The notes below the pieces were generated by a model, which saw nothing but the letters and a program-made list of their open reading frames with translations, made no database searches and had not been told where the DNA came from. 64,000 bases of DNA from Chryseobacterium sp. 39-10 (lineage in GTDB: Bacteria > Bacteroidota > Bacteroidia > Flavobacteriales > Weeksellaceae): positions 95,896 to 159,895 of the forward strand of contig MKTK01000010.1 of NCBI GenBank assembly GCA_001898255.1, read 5' to 3'. Below, piece by piece: positions 48,316-57,806 of this stretch. A program made the translations under genes and the position numbers. The stretch's first letter is position 1. Every line of letters begins with the position of its first letter.

Positions 48316-50304
48316 TTAAAAATTAACATTAATATTCAGATAAAAATTACGCCCGGGGCGAGGAATTTTATTCCAGTCCGAATAGGTGGTATACAACTTA
48401 TCGAAAATGTTTTCCACTCCAATTTTGGTTAACAACTTCATTCCATTAAAACCAAACTGATAACCTATATTGGCATTAAAAACCGCAAAAGCAGACGTTT
48501 CCGATTCGCCATATTCAGCAGCAAAATCATTATATTTTGAATTTCCCATCGCAGAAACCTCGGCCGACAATTTGTTCCTGTGAAACAACAGCGACGAACG
48601 GTAACTGAACGGACTCATGAACGGAAGATTCTTTTTTTCAAAATCTTTTCCACGAGCGTACTTCAATTGGTTCGTCCATTCCAGAAACTGCAATAATTTA
48701 ACCTTCGTCGTTAAGCTCGCATCAAAAATAGTAGCAAAATCAAGTGCTTCGTACTGTTTCACACCATGAGCACCAATAGTCATAGGTACCAAACCACCGA
48801 GCACCTTCCCAACGATATAATCGCTGATATGGAAATAACTCGCCGATAAATCAGCCGAAAATCCTTCGCTTTTTAACCCCGCAAAAGCATTCAGCTCAAT
48901 AGATGATTCATTCTTAAGATGAGGATTACCTATATAATCGTACTTCTCAAAACTATTAAACAAATAAAAGCCATAACCTTCCGACACCGAAGGTGCACGA
49001 TCGCTAAAACCACCTCCAAAACCGAATGTTAACTGTTTGCCTTCGAACCTATATTTTGCGGCAACACTCTTCAGTAAACGATTTTTCTGCGCCGCCATTT
49101 CCGGATAAAAAATCTGCAAACTATTTAAGCCAAAATCGCTTTCTACTTTGTTGGAATGGAACCCTAACGAACCTGACAGCTGCAGCGAAGATTTTGAACT
49201 CAGCAAAAAATGATCTTCCAAATAAACACCCTGAAAAAGGGTGCGCACTTGCGGCCAGGTGTACATAAACATCAGCTTTTCTGCAGAATTAGCCGGATAC
49301 ATCGTCATCTCCGCCGTGGAGAGATTTGAAAAGCCATTCAAGTTGAACTTAAAATGATGATCGGGCAATTCAGCTGTGAGTTGTGAATAATACCCGTATG
49401 TTTTGCTCCAGCCAGGCATATCCATGTGAATAGGCACTGATGGTCGCTGGGTATCGTCCATTCTGTGGGTAATATTGTTGTAATAAATTTTGGTTTCCCA
49501 GCCCGTTAAATAATCAGAAACAGGAACAAGGCGATATTTCAACGATCCTATGAATGCTTCTGCAAGAGAGACATCCATAGGTAAAGCGGGGTAGCCCACG
49601 TTGGTCGCTTTATCGTAAATTAACGAAGTTTCTACCCATTGATTGCTGCCCAATTTCAAACCAGCGTTTCCTGAAAGATTAATCTTTTTATACTGAGAAA
49701 ACGGCACTTCGGTATGGTTGCCTGCAAAATAATTTTCCGCAGAACGCGACATGCCACTTACATCAGCATAGAAAACAGGAGATTTATACGCGGCAGACCC
49801 ACCATAAATTTTCTGCTGATTAACGCTTTCAAAACCACTGTTGAGTGCAAAATCCCATTTTTGGGGGCCAAATTCACCCAATTTTCTTCTCAAGTTAATG
49901 GCTCCACCGATGGTATTTCCATGCTCACTTCCCTGTGCACCTGAAACAATTTCCGCCTCAGATAAATTTGATACTTCCACATAAGAAGTCACAGGATCCA
50001 TTTTGTCTGTACACGCGCCAAAAATCCTCATCCCGTCAATGGTGACGACGGTTCGTTCCGTTGGCATGTTATTCAGCAGTGGTTCCCATGCGTAAGAGCC
50101 ACGCTTAATCATCTCTATTTTTGAAGATTTTTGAAGGTACTCATCAATCGAGCTTAGCGGTTTCGATTCTTTTGCGGAAACGGCATGCCCGCCGATCACC
50201 ACCACCTCCTGAATATTATGGACATTCAGGGAATCAGCGTCGATTTGTTGCGCGAAAGCTCCCACGGAGATGATGCTGCACATCAATACGAATTTCTTTC
50301 TCAT
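48316..50304 (-). CDS. TonB-dependent receptor, OprC/NosA-like (copper)
   Basis: Plug CTDKM (CxxxM), barrel HRM (HxM) and HMDM, terminal GRNFYLNINVNF. Confidence 0.85.
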   Translation of the reverse strand: MRKKFVLMCSIISVGAFAQQIDADSLNVHNIQEVVVIGGHAVSAKESKPLSSIDEYLQKSSKIEMIKRGSYAWEPLLNNMPTERTVVTIDGMRIFGACTDKMDPVTSYVEVSNLSEAEIVSGAQGSEHGNTIGGAINLRRKLGEFGPQKWDFALNSGFESVNQQKIYGGSAAYKSPVFYADVSGMSRSAENYFAGNHTEVPFSQYKKINLSGNAGLKLGSNQWVETSLIYDKATNVGYPALPMDVSLAEAFIGSLKYRLVPVSDYLTGWETKIYYNNITHRMDDTQRPSVPIHMDMPGWSKTYGYYSQLTAELPDHHFKFNLNGFSNLSTAEMTMYPANSAEKLMFMYTWPQVRTLFQGVYLEDHFLLSSKSSLQLSGSLGFHSNKVESDFGLNSLQIFYPEMAAQKNRLLKSVAAKYRFEGKQLTFGFGGGFSDRAPSVSEGYGFYLFNSFEKYDYIGNPHLKNESSIELNAFAGLKSEGFSADLSASYFHISDYIVGKVLGGLVPMTIGAHGVKQYEALDFATIFDASLTTKVKLLQFLEWTNQLKYARGKDFEKKNLPFMSPFSYRSSLLFHRNKLSAEVSAMGNSKYNDFAAEYGESETSAFAVFNANIGYQFGFNGMKLLTKIGVENIFDKLYTTYSDWNKIPRPGRNFYLNINVNF

Positions 50305-50373
50305 GAGGTTTGATGATAAATGATTTAAGTTGACTGAATTTTGTTTTTTCAAAACAATTTCCATTGAACAAGA

Positions 50374-51228
50374 TTAAAATTCAAGCTCAAAGAAAATACT
50401 CGATGCCGGATTATCGGTGGTCACCGGTTCGCCTTTCAGTAAACTACCGCTGGCATTCAGCAACTGAAGATTGATTTTCCAATAACCCGTCATGGTTAAG
50501 GATAGTTTACCGGTGTACAATTTACCGGGTGCAGCTTGCTTAGCATCAATATTATTTGGTGAACTGTGGTTTCCCATTCCCGGCATTCTGGGATCGATTT
50601 TAACGGTGAAACCATCTACAACAGAAAATGTATTCATGTCTTCCGTTTTCCAAACGCCCACTTTTAAATCATTCACCGCCACGGCAGGGGATTGCGGCTC
50701 CACATACGCCATTACATACCTCACATTATCGGATCCTAAGAAAGAGGTCACTCGTCTTTTCGCTGATTCTGGAACATCAATCGCAGTAGTTGCTGAAAAC
50801 GAGGTTCCGTTGATTGTATAATTGATCTGCAAATCCCAATATTCGGAGTTATTCTGTGCCATTTGAAAAACCAGATAGCCGGAGTAAAGCGTACCGTCGG
50901 GTTGATCTTTGGTAATTGCAGATTTTGGACAAGAATGCGACATGGACATCATGTGCATCAAAGGGTTCCAACTCAAGGTTGCATTCTTTTCATATTGCCC
51001 GGTAGCTGTATTCTTAATCCGTATTTTCAAGTCGTTGTACCCTAATTGTGTTGTGCCGGAAACTGAATACAGTTCTAGGGTATGGGTACTGTTGGAGAAT
51101 TCTTTAATTTTTTTAAGACCATCGAGCTCGTTGGTGACTGGAGCGACAGCATCGTCTGATGTTCTGCAGGAATGCAGGAGTAAAGCCATTGCAAAAAATG
51201 CAATGATTACAGGAATTGAAAATTTCAT
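50374..51228 (-). CDS. YtkA/FixH-like Met/His-rich lipoprotein
   Basis: Lipobox LHSC, PLMHMMSMSHSCP, MPGMGNHSS and MTGYWKI motifs. Confidence 0.8.
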   Translation of the reverse strand: MKFSIPVIIAFFAMALLLHSCRTSDDAVAPVTNELDGLKKIKEFSNSTHTLELYSVSGTTQLGYNDLKIRIKNTATGQYEKNATLSWNPLMHMMSMSHSCPKSAITKDQPDGTLYSGYLVFQMAQNNSEYWDLQINYTINGTSFSATTAIDVPESAKRRVTSFLGSDNVRYVMAYVEPQSPAVAVNDLKVGVWKTEDMNTFSVVDGFTVKIDPRMPGMGNHSSPNNIDAKQAAPGKLYTGKLSLTMTGYWKINLQLLNASGSLLKGEPVTTDNPASSIFFELEF

Positions 51229-51320
51229 TTTTTTTAATTTTAAATCAAAGGGATGAGATTCCGAAAGAATGCATTCGAAATACTTTTTTTGTGCACTATG
51301 CACGCGTAAAAAACTGAAAT

Positions 51321-51683
51321 TTATCCCTGTGGCGGATCCGGAAGCACGTCTGCGAAACCAGCGGAAGTTTCATGAATCATTGTGAAGAAAAGAGGTTGAT
51401 CGCTTAAAACAAATACCGTCGCACCATCTTTTACTTCCCAGGTTGTATGCGGCAGCATATTAAAATCAAAACTATACTTCTGCAGCTTAAATGGTGAATT
51501 GCTTTTTTCGCTTTCCTTCTTCATGCCACATTTTCCGTGGCAATTCATTTCCGGTTTCGATTTATTCACGCAATGCAATTCATAATAAGCCGTGTTGATC
51601 TTGTAGTCGACCAACAGCAGCGTATTCTGGAAACTCGCCATGAATATAATTGCCGATAAAAGGGTAAGAAAAAAACTTTTCAT
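51321..51683 (-). CDS. Cys-motif exported small protein / putative leader ORF
   Basis: Hydrophobic N-terminus, HCVNKSKPEMNCHGKC, terminal PDPPQG; TAAATTTG promoter at 51693-51700. Confidence 0.8.
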   Translation of the reverse strand: MKSFFLTLLSAIIFMASFQNTLLLVDYKINTAYYELHCVNKSKPEMNCHGKCGMKKESEKSNSPFKLQKYSFDFNMLPHTTWEVKDGATVFVLSDQPLFFTMIHETSAGFADVLPDPPQG

Positions 51684-51820
51684 TGAACGTATCAAATTTA
51701 AGACTTTTTTATCCTAATTAAAAATGATTTTAATCACCATAAGAAAAGCAAAATTTTATTCAAATATACAGCAATCCTCCAATATTTTTTATCTTTATCG
51801 TTTGAAACAAACAGCGAACA

Positions 51821-53341
51821 ATGGCAGATCAAGAAAAATTTATTCAGGAACTCTCTACACGATACACGCCAAAAGGCGAATTTATCACCTTGGGAAAGGG
51901 AATGTTGGATGGCGAGGTAGTTACCCAAGTGGATGTTACCATTCCTCTAAAAACAATTAACCGCCACGGTTTAATTGCGGGGGCTACAGGAACCGGGAAA
52001 ACCAAAACGCTGCAGGTTTTTGCGGAGCAGCTCTCCAAAGCCGGAGTTCCATCGCTGGTGTTAGATATAAAAGGAGATTTTTCCGGTATTGCTGAACCCG
52101 GCACCAACAATGCGATTATCCAGGAGCGATATGCCAAAACGGGCTTTAGTTTTCAGCCCCAATCCTTCCCTGTGGAACTGATGTCGATCTCCGGCGAAAA
52201 AGGAGTGAAACTTCGGGCAACGGTAACAGAGTTCGGACCCGTTCTTTTGGGGAAAATCCTTGAGCTTAATGATACGCAGCAAAGTATTTTGTCTATCGTT
52301 TTTAAATACTGCGATGACAAAGGATTGCCACTTATCGACCTTGACGACCTGAAAAAAGTTTTACAATACGTCACCGATCCAAAGGGAGGCAAAGACGAAC
52401 TTTCGCAAAATTACGGAAACATTGCACCTGCTTCTTTTGGAGCCATTCTGAGGTCCATTGTGGCATTGGAGCAACAAGGCGCTGCGCAGTTTTTTGGCGA
52501 GCCCAGTTTTGATGTTTTTGATTTAGTGAAAAAAAGTGGCGAGAAAGGAGTGGTGAATATTCTGCGTGTAGATAATATCCAAAATAAACCACAATTGTTT
52601 TCAACCTTCATGCTTTCGCTTTTTGCGGAGATTTACCTTACCTTTCCGGAAGAAGGCGATTCGGGCAAACCCAAACTTGTTCTGTTCATTGACGAGGCAC
52701 ATCTTATTTTTAATGAAGCATCTAAAGCACTCCTCAGTCAAATTGAAACGATGGTAAAGCTGATTCGGTCTAAAGGCGTGGGCATTTACTTCATTACGCA
52801 AATTCCCGGAGATGTACCCGAAAATGTGCTTTCACAATTGGGACTCAAGATTCAGCATGCATTGCGAGGGTTTACCGCCAAAGATCGAAAAGAAATCGAC
52901 AAAGCAGTACAGAATTACCCCATTACAGCATATTATGACGCGGGGCAACTTATTCAAAACCTTGGAATTGGTGAAGCATTTGTAACAGCATTGGACGAGA
53001 AAGGGATTCCAACACCGTTGGTGCAAACCTTCCTTATTTCGCCTGAATCCAGAATGGATGTATTAACACCTGAAGAAGTTGATGAACTAACGGCTAACTC
53101 AGCTTTGGTATCTAAATACGAAACTTCAGTTAATAAAGAATCTGCTTACGAAATCCTGATGGGTCGCATGGAGCAAGTAACACAACCCGAAACACCTAGA
53201 CCTGCAGCAAAAGAAGAGCCCGGAATGTTTGAGCAAGTCATGAAAAGCAGCGCCGGGAGAACTTTCACCAATACAATTATGCGTGAAGGAGCCAAAGCCA
53301 TTCTCGGGATGTTTGGTTTAGGTGGAAGAAGAAGATCATAG
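51821..53341 (+). CDS. HerA-like ATPase (DUF853/YjgR family)
   Basis: RHGLIAGATGTGKT, FIDEAH, RSKGVG and QHALR motifs. Confidence 0.92.
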   Translation: MADQEKFIQELSTRYTPKGEFITLGKGMLDGEVVTQVDVTIPLKTINRHGLIAGATGTGKTKTLQVFAEQLSKAGVPSLVLDIKGDFSGIAEPGTNNAIIQERYAKTGFSFQPQSFPVELMSISGEKGVKLRATVTEFGPVLLGKILELNDTQQSILSIVFKYCDDKGLPLIDLDDLKKVLQYVTDPKGGKDELSQNYGNIAPASFGAILRSIVALEQQGAAQFFGEPSFDVFDLVKKSGEKGVVNILRVDNIQNKPQLFSTFMLSLFAEIYLTFPEEGDSGKPKLVLFIDEAHLIFNEASKALLSQIETMVKLIRSKGVGIYFITQIPGDVPENVLSQLGLKIQHALRGFTAKDRKEIDKAVQNYPITAYYDAGQLIQNLGIGEAFVTALDEKGIPTPLVQTFLISPESRMDVLTPEEVDELTANSALVSKYETSVNKESAYEILMGRMEQVTQPETPRPAAKEEPGMFEQVMKSSAGRTFTNTIMREGAKAILGMFGLGGRRRS

Positions 53342-53385
53342 AGGAACGTAAAAAGCCACTGAAAAAAAATTGAGGAAAAAAAAGA

Positions 53386-54609
53386 ATGTATTCAGTTATT
53401 GATATAGAAAGTAATGGTGCAGGATTCAGAAAAGAAAGCATCATCGAAATCGCCATTTATCGGTACAACGGTCATGAAATTACAGACCGCTTTATCTCAC
53501 TGGTGAATCCGGAAAGTGATATAACACCGTTTGTGCAAAAGCTCACTCACATTTCACCTAAAATGGTGAAAACAGCGCCAAAATTTCATGAAATTGCAAA
53601 AAGAATTATTGAGATTACAGCCGGAACAACTTTAGTGGGGCATAATATTGATTTTGATTACCGAATGCTGCGGCAAGAGTTCAAGCGCTTGGGTTACGAC
53701 TTTGAAAGCAATACCATCGACACCATACCGTTGGCCAAAAAACTGATTCCCGAAGCGGAAAGTTACTCGCTGGGGAAATTAGTAAAATCCATAGGAATCC
53801 CTTTAACCGATCAACACCGTGCAGGTGGAGATGCGCGTGCCACACTGGATTTATTTAAAATCCTGATGAGCAAAGATCAGTCATCAGAGATTATTCAGCA
53901 ACATCGCGATGAGGTCAATTCCAAAACATACCTGAGTAAAGTTCGAGATCTTTCGCAAGATTTACCTGCCGAAAGAGGGCTCATTTATTTTCAGAATCCG
54001 CAAGGCAAAATTATTTACTTTGATTTTGTTGATGATATGAATAAGTTCGCGAAGTCCGTTTTTCACTCCAAATCAAAACGCTGGAAGAAAATACAGGAAG
54101 AAACCGAACACATTTCTTATGAGCTTACCGGCAACAGAATTATTGCCAAACTCATCACGCAAACCAAAGGCCTACGAAAACGAGAAGCACTTCCCTTCGG
54201 GCTTTACCATAAAAACGGAAAGTATTTTGCCGACAAAATTTCGAGCCACAAGGGTAAAGAACCATTGCTTAAATTTAAATCATTTACGCAGGGTCTAAAA
54301 GCCGTTGCTTTCATCAAAAACAACAATCAATACAATGATTTAGCTACCTTTAAGGAACATATCTCAATGAAAAAACGCAACGAACTGTGGACTTCTGCAG
54401 GCCGTACTTTGGGAGAAAAATCATTCTTTGTGGTGGAAAACGGCAAACTTAAAGCGTACGGTTTTTACGAATTTCATACCCAAATACAGACCCGTAAGAA
54501 AATTGACCAACTGAAAATCAACGTCGCAACAGCCACCGCCGATGTAAAAAATGAGCTTCAACTGGGTCTTTTGCGCGGTGATTTTGAAGTGATGGAACTG
54601 CCAAAATAG
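53386..54609 (+). CDS. DnaQ-like DEDDh exonuclease with a degenerate GIY-YIG-like region
   Basis: DIES, HNIDFD and HRAGGDA motifs. Confidence 0.88.
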   Translation: MYSVIDIESNGAGFRKESIIEIAIYRYNGHEITDRFISLVNPESDITPFVQKLTHISPKMVKTAPKFHEIAKRIIEITAGTTLVGHNIDFDYRMLRQEFKRLGYDFESNTIDTIPLAKKLIPEAESYSLGKLVKSIGIPLTDQHRAGGDARATLDLFKILMSKDQSSEIIQQHRDEVNSKTYLSKVRDLSQDLPAERGLIYFQNPQGKIIYFDFVDDMNKFAKSVFHSKSKRWKKIQEETEHISYELTGNRIIAKLITQTKGLRKREALPFGLYHKNGKYFADKISSHKGKEPLLKFKSFTQGLKAVAFIKNNNQYNDLATFKEHISMKKRNELWTSAGRTLGEKSFFVVENGKLKAYGFYEFHTQIQTRKKIDQLKINVATATADVKNELQLGLLRGDFEVMELPK

Positions 54610-54743
54610 ACGCCGTGGCAACATGCACGGTTTCCTCCAAAAACCTCTGGGAAAAAAGCACGAATTCTTTTCTTTCAAAATTTCTAACTTTGCACTCGAA
54701 AATTTACATATAATATCCACCAATTACTTTCAATACCGTTAGC

Positions 54744-55943
54744 ATGACCAACAGAGATCTTTTAAAAATAGCCGAAAAATTTGGCACGCCCACTTATGTT
54801 TACGATGCAGATTCCATCAAAACGCAATACGAAAAACTGGCGAACTCCTTTCATAAAAGCACCCGATTTTTCTATGCATGCAAGGCATTATCCAACATCA
54901 ACATTCTTAAATATGTGCAATCGCTTGGCGCAGGGTTAGATTGTGTGTCCATCAACGAAGTGAAATTAGGAATGAAAGCCGGATTCGAACAAAAGAAAAT
55001 CCTGTTTACCCCCAATTGTGTGGACCTTACCGAGATTGAAGAGGCCATGAGTTTGGGTGTCCACATCAACATCGACAATATTTCGATTCTGGAACAGTTT
55101 GGCAACAAACACGGAGACTCCTATCCTATTTTCGTGAGAATTAACCCGCATATTTTTGCCGGCGGAAACTACAAAATTTCAACAGGACATATTGATTCTA
55201 AATTTGGTATCTCCATCCATCAGCTTCGGCATATTGAGCGAATTATGAGCACAACCGGCATTAACGTGGAAGGACTTCACATGCATACGGGAAGCGAGAT
55301 TAAAGATCCAGAGGTTTTTCTGCAAGGGTTAGAAATTATGTTCGAACTTTCCTCTCATTTCCCTAACCTCAAATATTTAGATATGGGAAGTGGCTTTAAA
55401 GTGCCTTACCAGGACAATGGAATGGAAACCGACGTTAAAGAGCTTGGGAAAAAAGTGGAAAAAGCCATTTCAGAATTCACCAAAACTTCTGACAAAAAAT
55501 TTGAATTATGGTTTGAGCCGGGAAAATTTTTGGTGAGCAAATGCGGGCATTTTTTAGTGAAAACCAATGTCATAAAACAAACTACTGCAACCGTTTTTGC
55601 GGGGATCAACTCAGGGTTTAATCATTTGATTCGCCCTATGTTTTACGATTCTTATCACATCATCGAGAATCTTTCCAACCCAAAAGGTTCGGAACGAATT
55701 TATACCGTTGTAGGCAATATTTGTGAAACCGACACTTTTGCCTGGGATCGCAAAATTCATGAAATCCATGAAGGTGATGTTCTGGTATTTCGCAATGCGG
55801 GTGCCTATGGTTTCGAGATGAGTTCCAATTTTAATTCTCGCTTAAAACCGGCAGAAGTGCTCTTCCTGAATGGGAAAGCACACCTCATCAGAAAAAGAGA
55901 TGAATTTGAAGATTTGCTCCGAAACCAAATCGAAGTTTTGTAA
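54744..55943 (+). CDS. lysA: Diaminopimelate decarboxylase
   Basis: YACKAL, SKFGI, HMHTGS, EPGKF and GNICETD motifs. Confidence 0.97.
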   Translation: MTNRDLLKIAEKFGTPTYVYDADSIKTQYEKLANSFHKSTRFFYACKALSNINILKYVQSLGAGLDCVSINEVKLGMKAGFEQKKILFTPNCVDLTEIEEAMSLGVHINIDNISILEQFGNKHGDSYPIFVRINPHIFAGGNYKISTGHIDSKFGISIHQLRHIERIMSTTGINVEGLHMHTGSEIKDPEVFLQGLEIMFELSSHFPNLKYLDMGSGFKVPYQDNGMETDVKELGKKVEKAISEFTKTSDKKFELWFEPGKFLVSKCGHFLVKTNVIKQTTATVFAGINSGFNHLIRPMFYDSYHIIENLSNPKGSERIYTVVGNICETDTFAWDRKIHEIHEGDVLVFRNAGAYGFEMSSNFNSRLKPAEVLFLNGKAHLIRKRDEFEDLLRNQIEVL

Positions 55944-56032
55944 TTGCCAAAGCAATTCAGCAGCGAAATTTTAGGCGTTTGCTTTTACAAGTGATCAAAA
56001 TTAGTTGTAACTTTATTCATTAAATTTTCAGG

Positions 56033-56524
56033 ATGAAAAGATTGTTTTTAATCAGCTTATTCTTTTCTACGTTTTTCAGCGCACAAGAAATTGAGGATCT
56101 TCAGGAAGGATATTTCTATTCCGAAGGAAGCAAAAGTTTTTTCAGGGTTGACATTAAAAAACCCTTTGATTATTATAAGGTTGCCAACTGCAGCGACAAT
56201 TCAAACTTTGTAAGGGCACAGTTTGAAGGTGGAGATGCGCACTTCAGCCGCGAGCTTTTTAAGTATATTTCTTCTTACGTAGACAAAGAAGTATATGTAG
56301 TGAATGGCGATTTCTTTTTACATTTTGATGTGGATACGGTGGGAAATATTTCAAATATCGAGGTAACGCCCAAAGTGGCCAACAGCGAATTTTTCACAAA
56401 AGATTTAGCATTGGCTTTAAGAAAGATCAAAAAAACATGGACGCCTTCCAAATGTGATGGCATACCCGTCAATTCAAAGATACGTATCAAATTGAACTTC
56501 GTGACCGAAATCACCGATTCATAA
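56033..56524 (+). CDS. Secreted TonB-C-like protein
   Basis: Signal peptide, FEGG, WTPSKCDGIPV. Confidence 0.75.
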   Translation: MKRLFLISLFFSTFFSAQEIEDLQEGYFYSEGSKSFFRVDIKKPFDYYKVANCSDNSNFVRAQFEGGDAHFSRELFKYISSYVDKEVYVVNGDFFLHFDVDTVGNISNIEVTPKVANSEFFTKDLALALRKIKKTWTPSKCDGIPVNSKIRIKLNFVTEITDS

Positions 56525-56557
56525 ATTTATTTTTTTTGAATTTTTAATTCGCTTTTT

Positions 56558-56947
56558 ATGGTAAAAAAATTACTGCAATTTTTTTTTGCGCTAATGGTTA
56601 TCAATACGTTTTCTCAGCAAAAAACATGGGATAAAGACCCGTACTACAAAGAGGGTAATAAAAAACTCAATGAAGAATTCCAGCGGGCAATAGACTATGC
56701 GGTAGACCAGAACTACGTTGTGTACGGCAAAATGACGTTCACTATTTTTATTAATGATAAAGGCATAGCAAAAATTATTGATGTTACTCCTAAAGTAAAA
56801 AATCAAAAAATGCTGATCGATGATTTAAACTATGTTCTGAAAAAATCCAACAAAAAATGGGTTTCTGCTACCAAAGAGACCAAGCCCGTGCAATCTTTCT
56901 ATCACTTGACCATCAATTTCAACACCGAGGTTTATGATCATGATTAA
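56558..56947 (+). CDS. Secreted TonB-C-like protein (paralog)
   Basis: Shares YVVxG, VTPKVxN and NFxTE with the previous gene. Confidence 0.72.
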   Translation: MVKKLLQFFFALMVINTFSQQKTWDKDPYYKEGNKKLNEEFQRAIDYAVDQNYVVYGKMTFTIFINDKGIAKIIDVTPKVKNQKMLIDDLNYVLKKSNKKWVSATKETKPVQSFYHLTINFNTEVYDHD

Positions 56948-56963
56948 ACCTAAATGCCAATGC

Positions 56964-57689
56964 ATGAAAAATTTCGCCTTAATTTTATTGATGATTTTTA
57001 ACACCTTTCGTGGACAAGAAATTCTTGAGAAGTACCCGAAATCACAAACGCCTTATAAAGGTGGCTACGAGCAATATTATAAAGATCTTTATCATATCAT
57101 AAAGGAGAAAAACCTGCAACCTTGCACCAATCCGAACGAACTCTATCAACTTACGCTGGTCGTCATGCCCGATGCCAGCATTCAGTTTGTGAAAGACGCG
57201 AACAAAAAAGTGGTGAGCAACAACCAATGTGCCTACAACCTTGCACGGGAAACCGCAAAACACATGACCGGATGGAATCCCGCAACCATAAACGGAGTTC
57301 CACAACAAGCCGTCGCAAGATTCATCATTTATCCCGATGATTTATTCAATAATTTTCACGAAAACTACTATCCTGTTTACACGCCTCCCGTGTATAACAA
57401 CAATCGAAATAGAAACAGTTTCGGCAAGGATTTTATCACCAAATTCAATAAAAGAAGATTCAACTGGTATGATGTATTTGTCATCCAGGGTGAATTTATA
57501 GTAACTAAAGAGGGCAAGGTGAAAGACTTGGTGATGACCCGATCATCTGGCGTGGAACAATTTGATAAAGAAGTACAAAATACTGTCAATATTCTCAGCA
57601 AAAACTTTATACCTGCAACTATTAACGGAAAAGCAGTAGACGATCGCTTTAGCTTTACCATCACTGGGATTACTGAGCAGGAAGATTAA
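56964..57689 (+). CDS. Tandem TonB-C domain protein
   Basis: WNPATINGVP and FIPATINGKAV repeats. Confidence 0.78.
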   Translation: MKNFALILLMIFNTFRGQEILEKYPKSQTPYKGGYEQYYKDLYHIIKEKNLQPCTNPNELYQLTLVVMPDASIQFVKDANKKVVSNNQCAYNLARETAKHMTGWNPATINGVPQQAVARFIIYPDDLFNNFHENYYPVYTPPVYNNNRNRNSFGKDFITKFNKRRFNWYDVFVIQGEFIVTKEGKVKDLVMTRSSGVEQFDKEVQNTVNILSKNFIPATINGKAVDDRFSFTITGITEQED

Positions 57690-57806
57690 CTGCCATTCTG
57701 TCACAAAATTCCTTATCTTTGCATGCTCATCAGTTTGATGTTTGCGGTTTAAAGTTCAGCATTACAAAACTTTAAACCTTAAGCTTTAAACTTTAAACCG
57801 AATACC

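Noticed and set aside
54610-54743. Lysine riboswitch before lysA
   Set aside because: The promoter-like TAACTTTG leaves only a short leader, too small for the aptamer.
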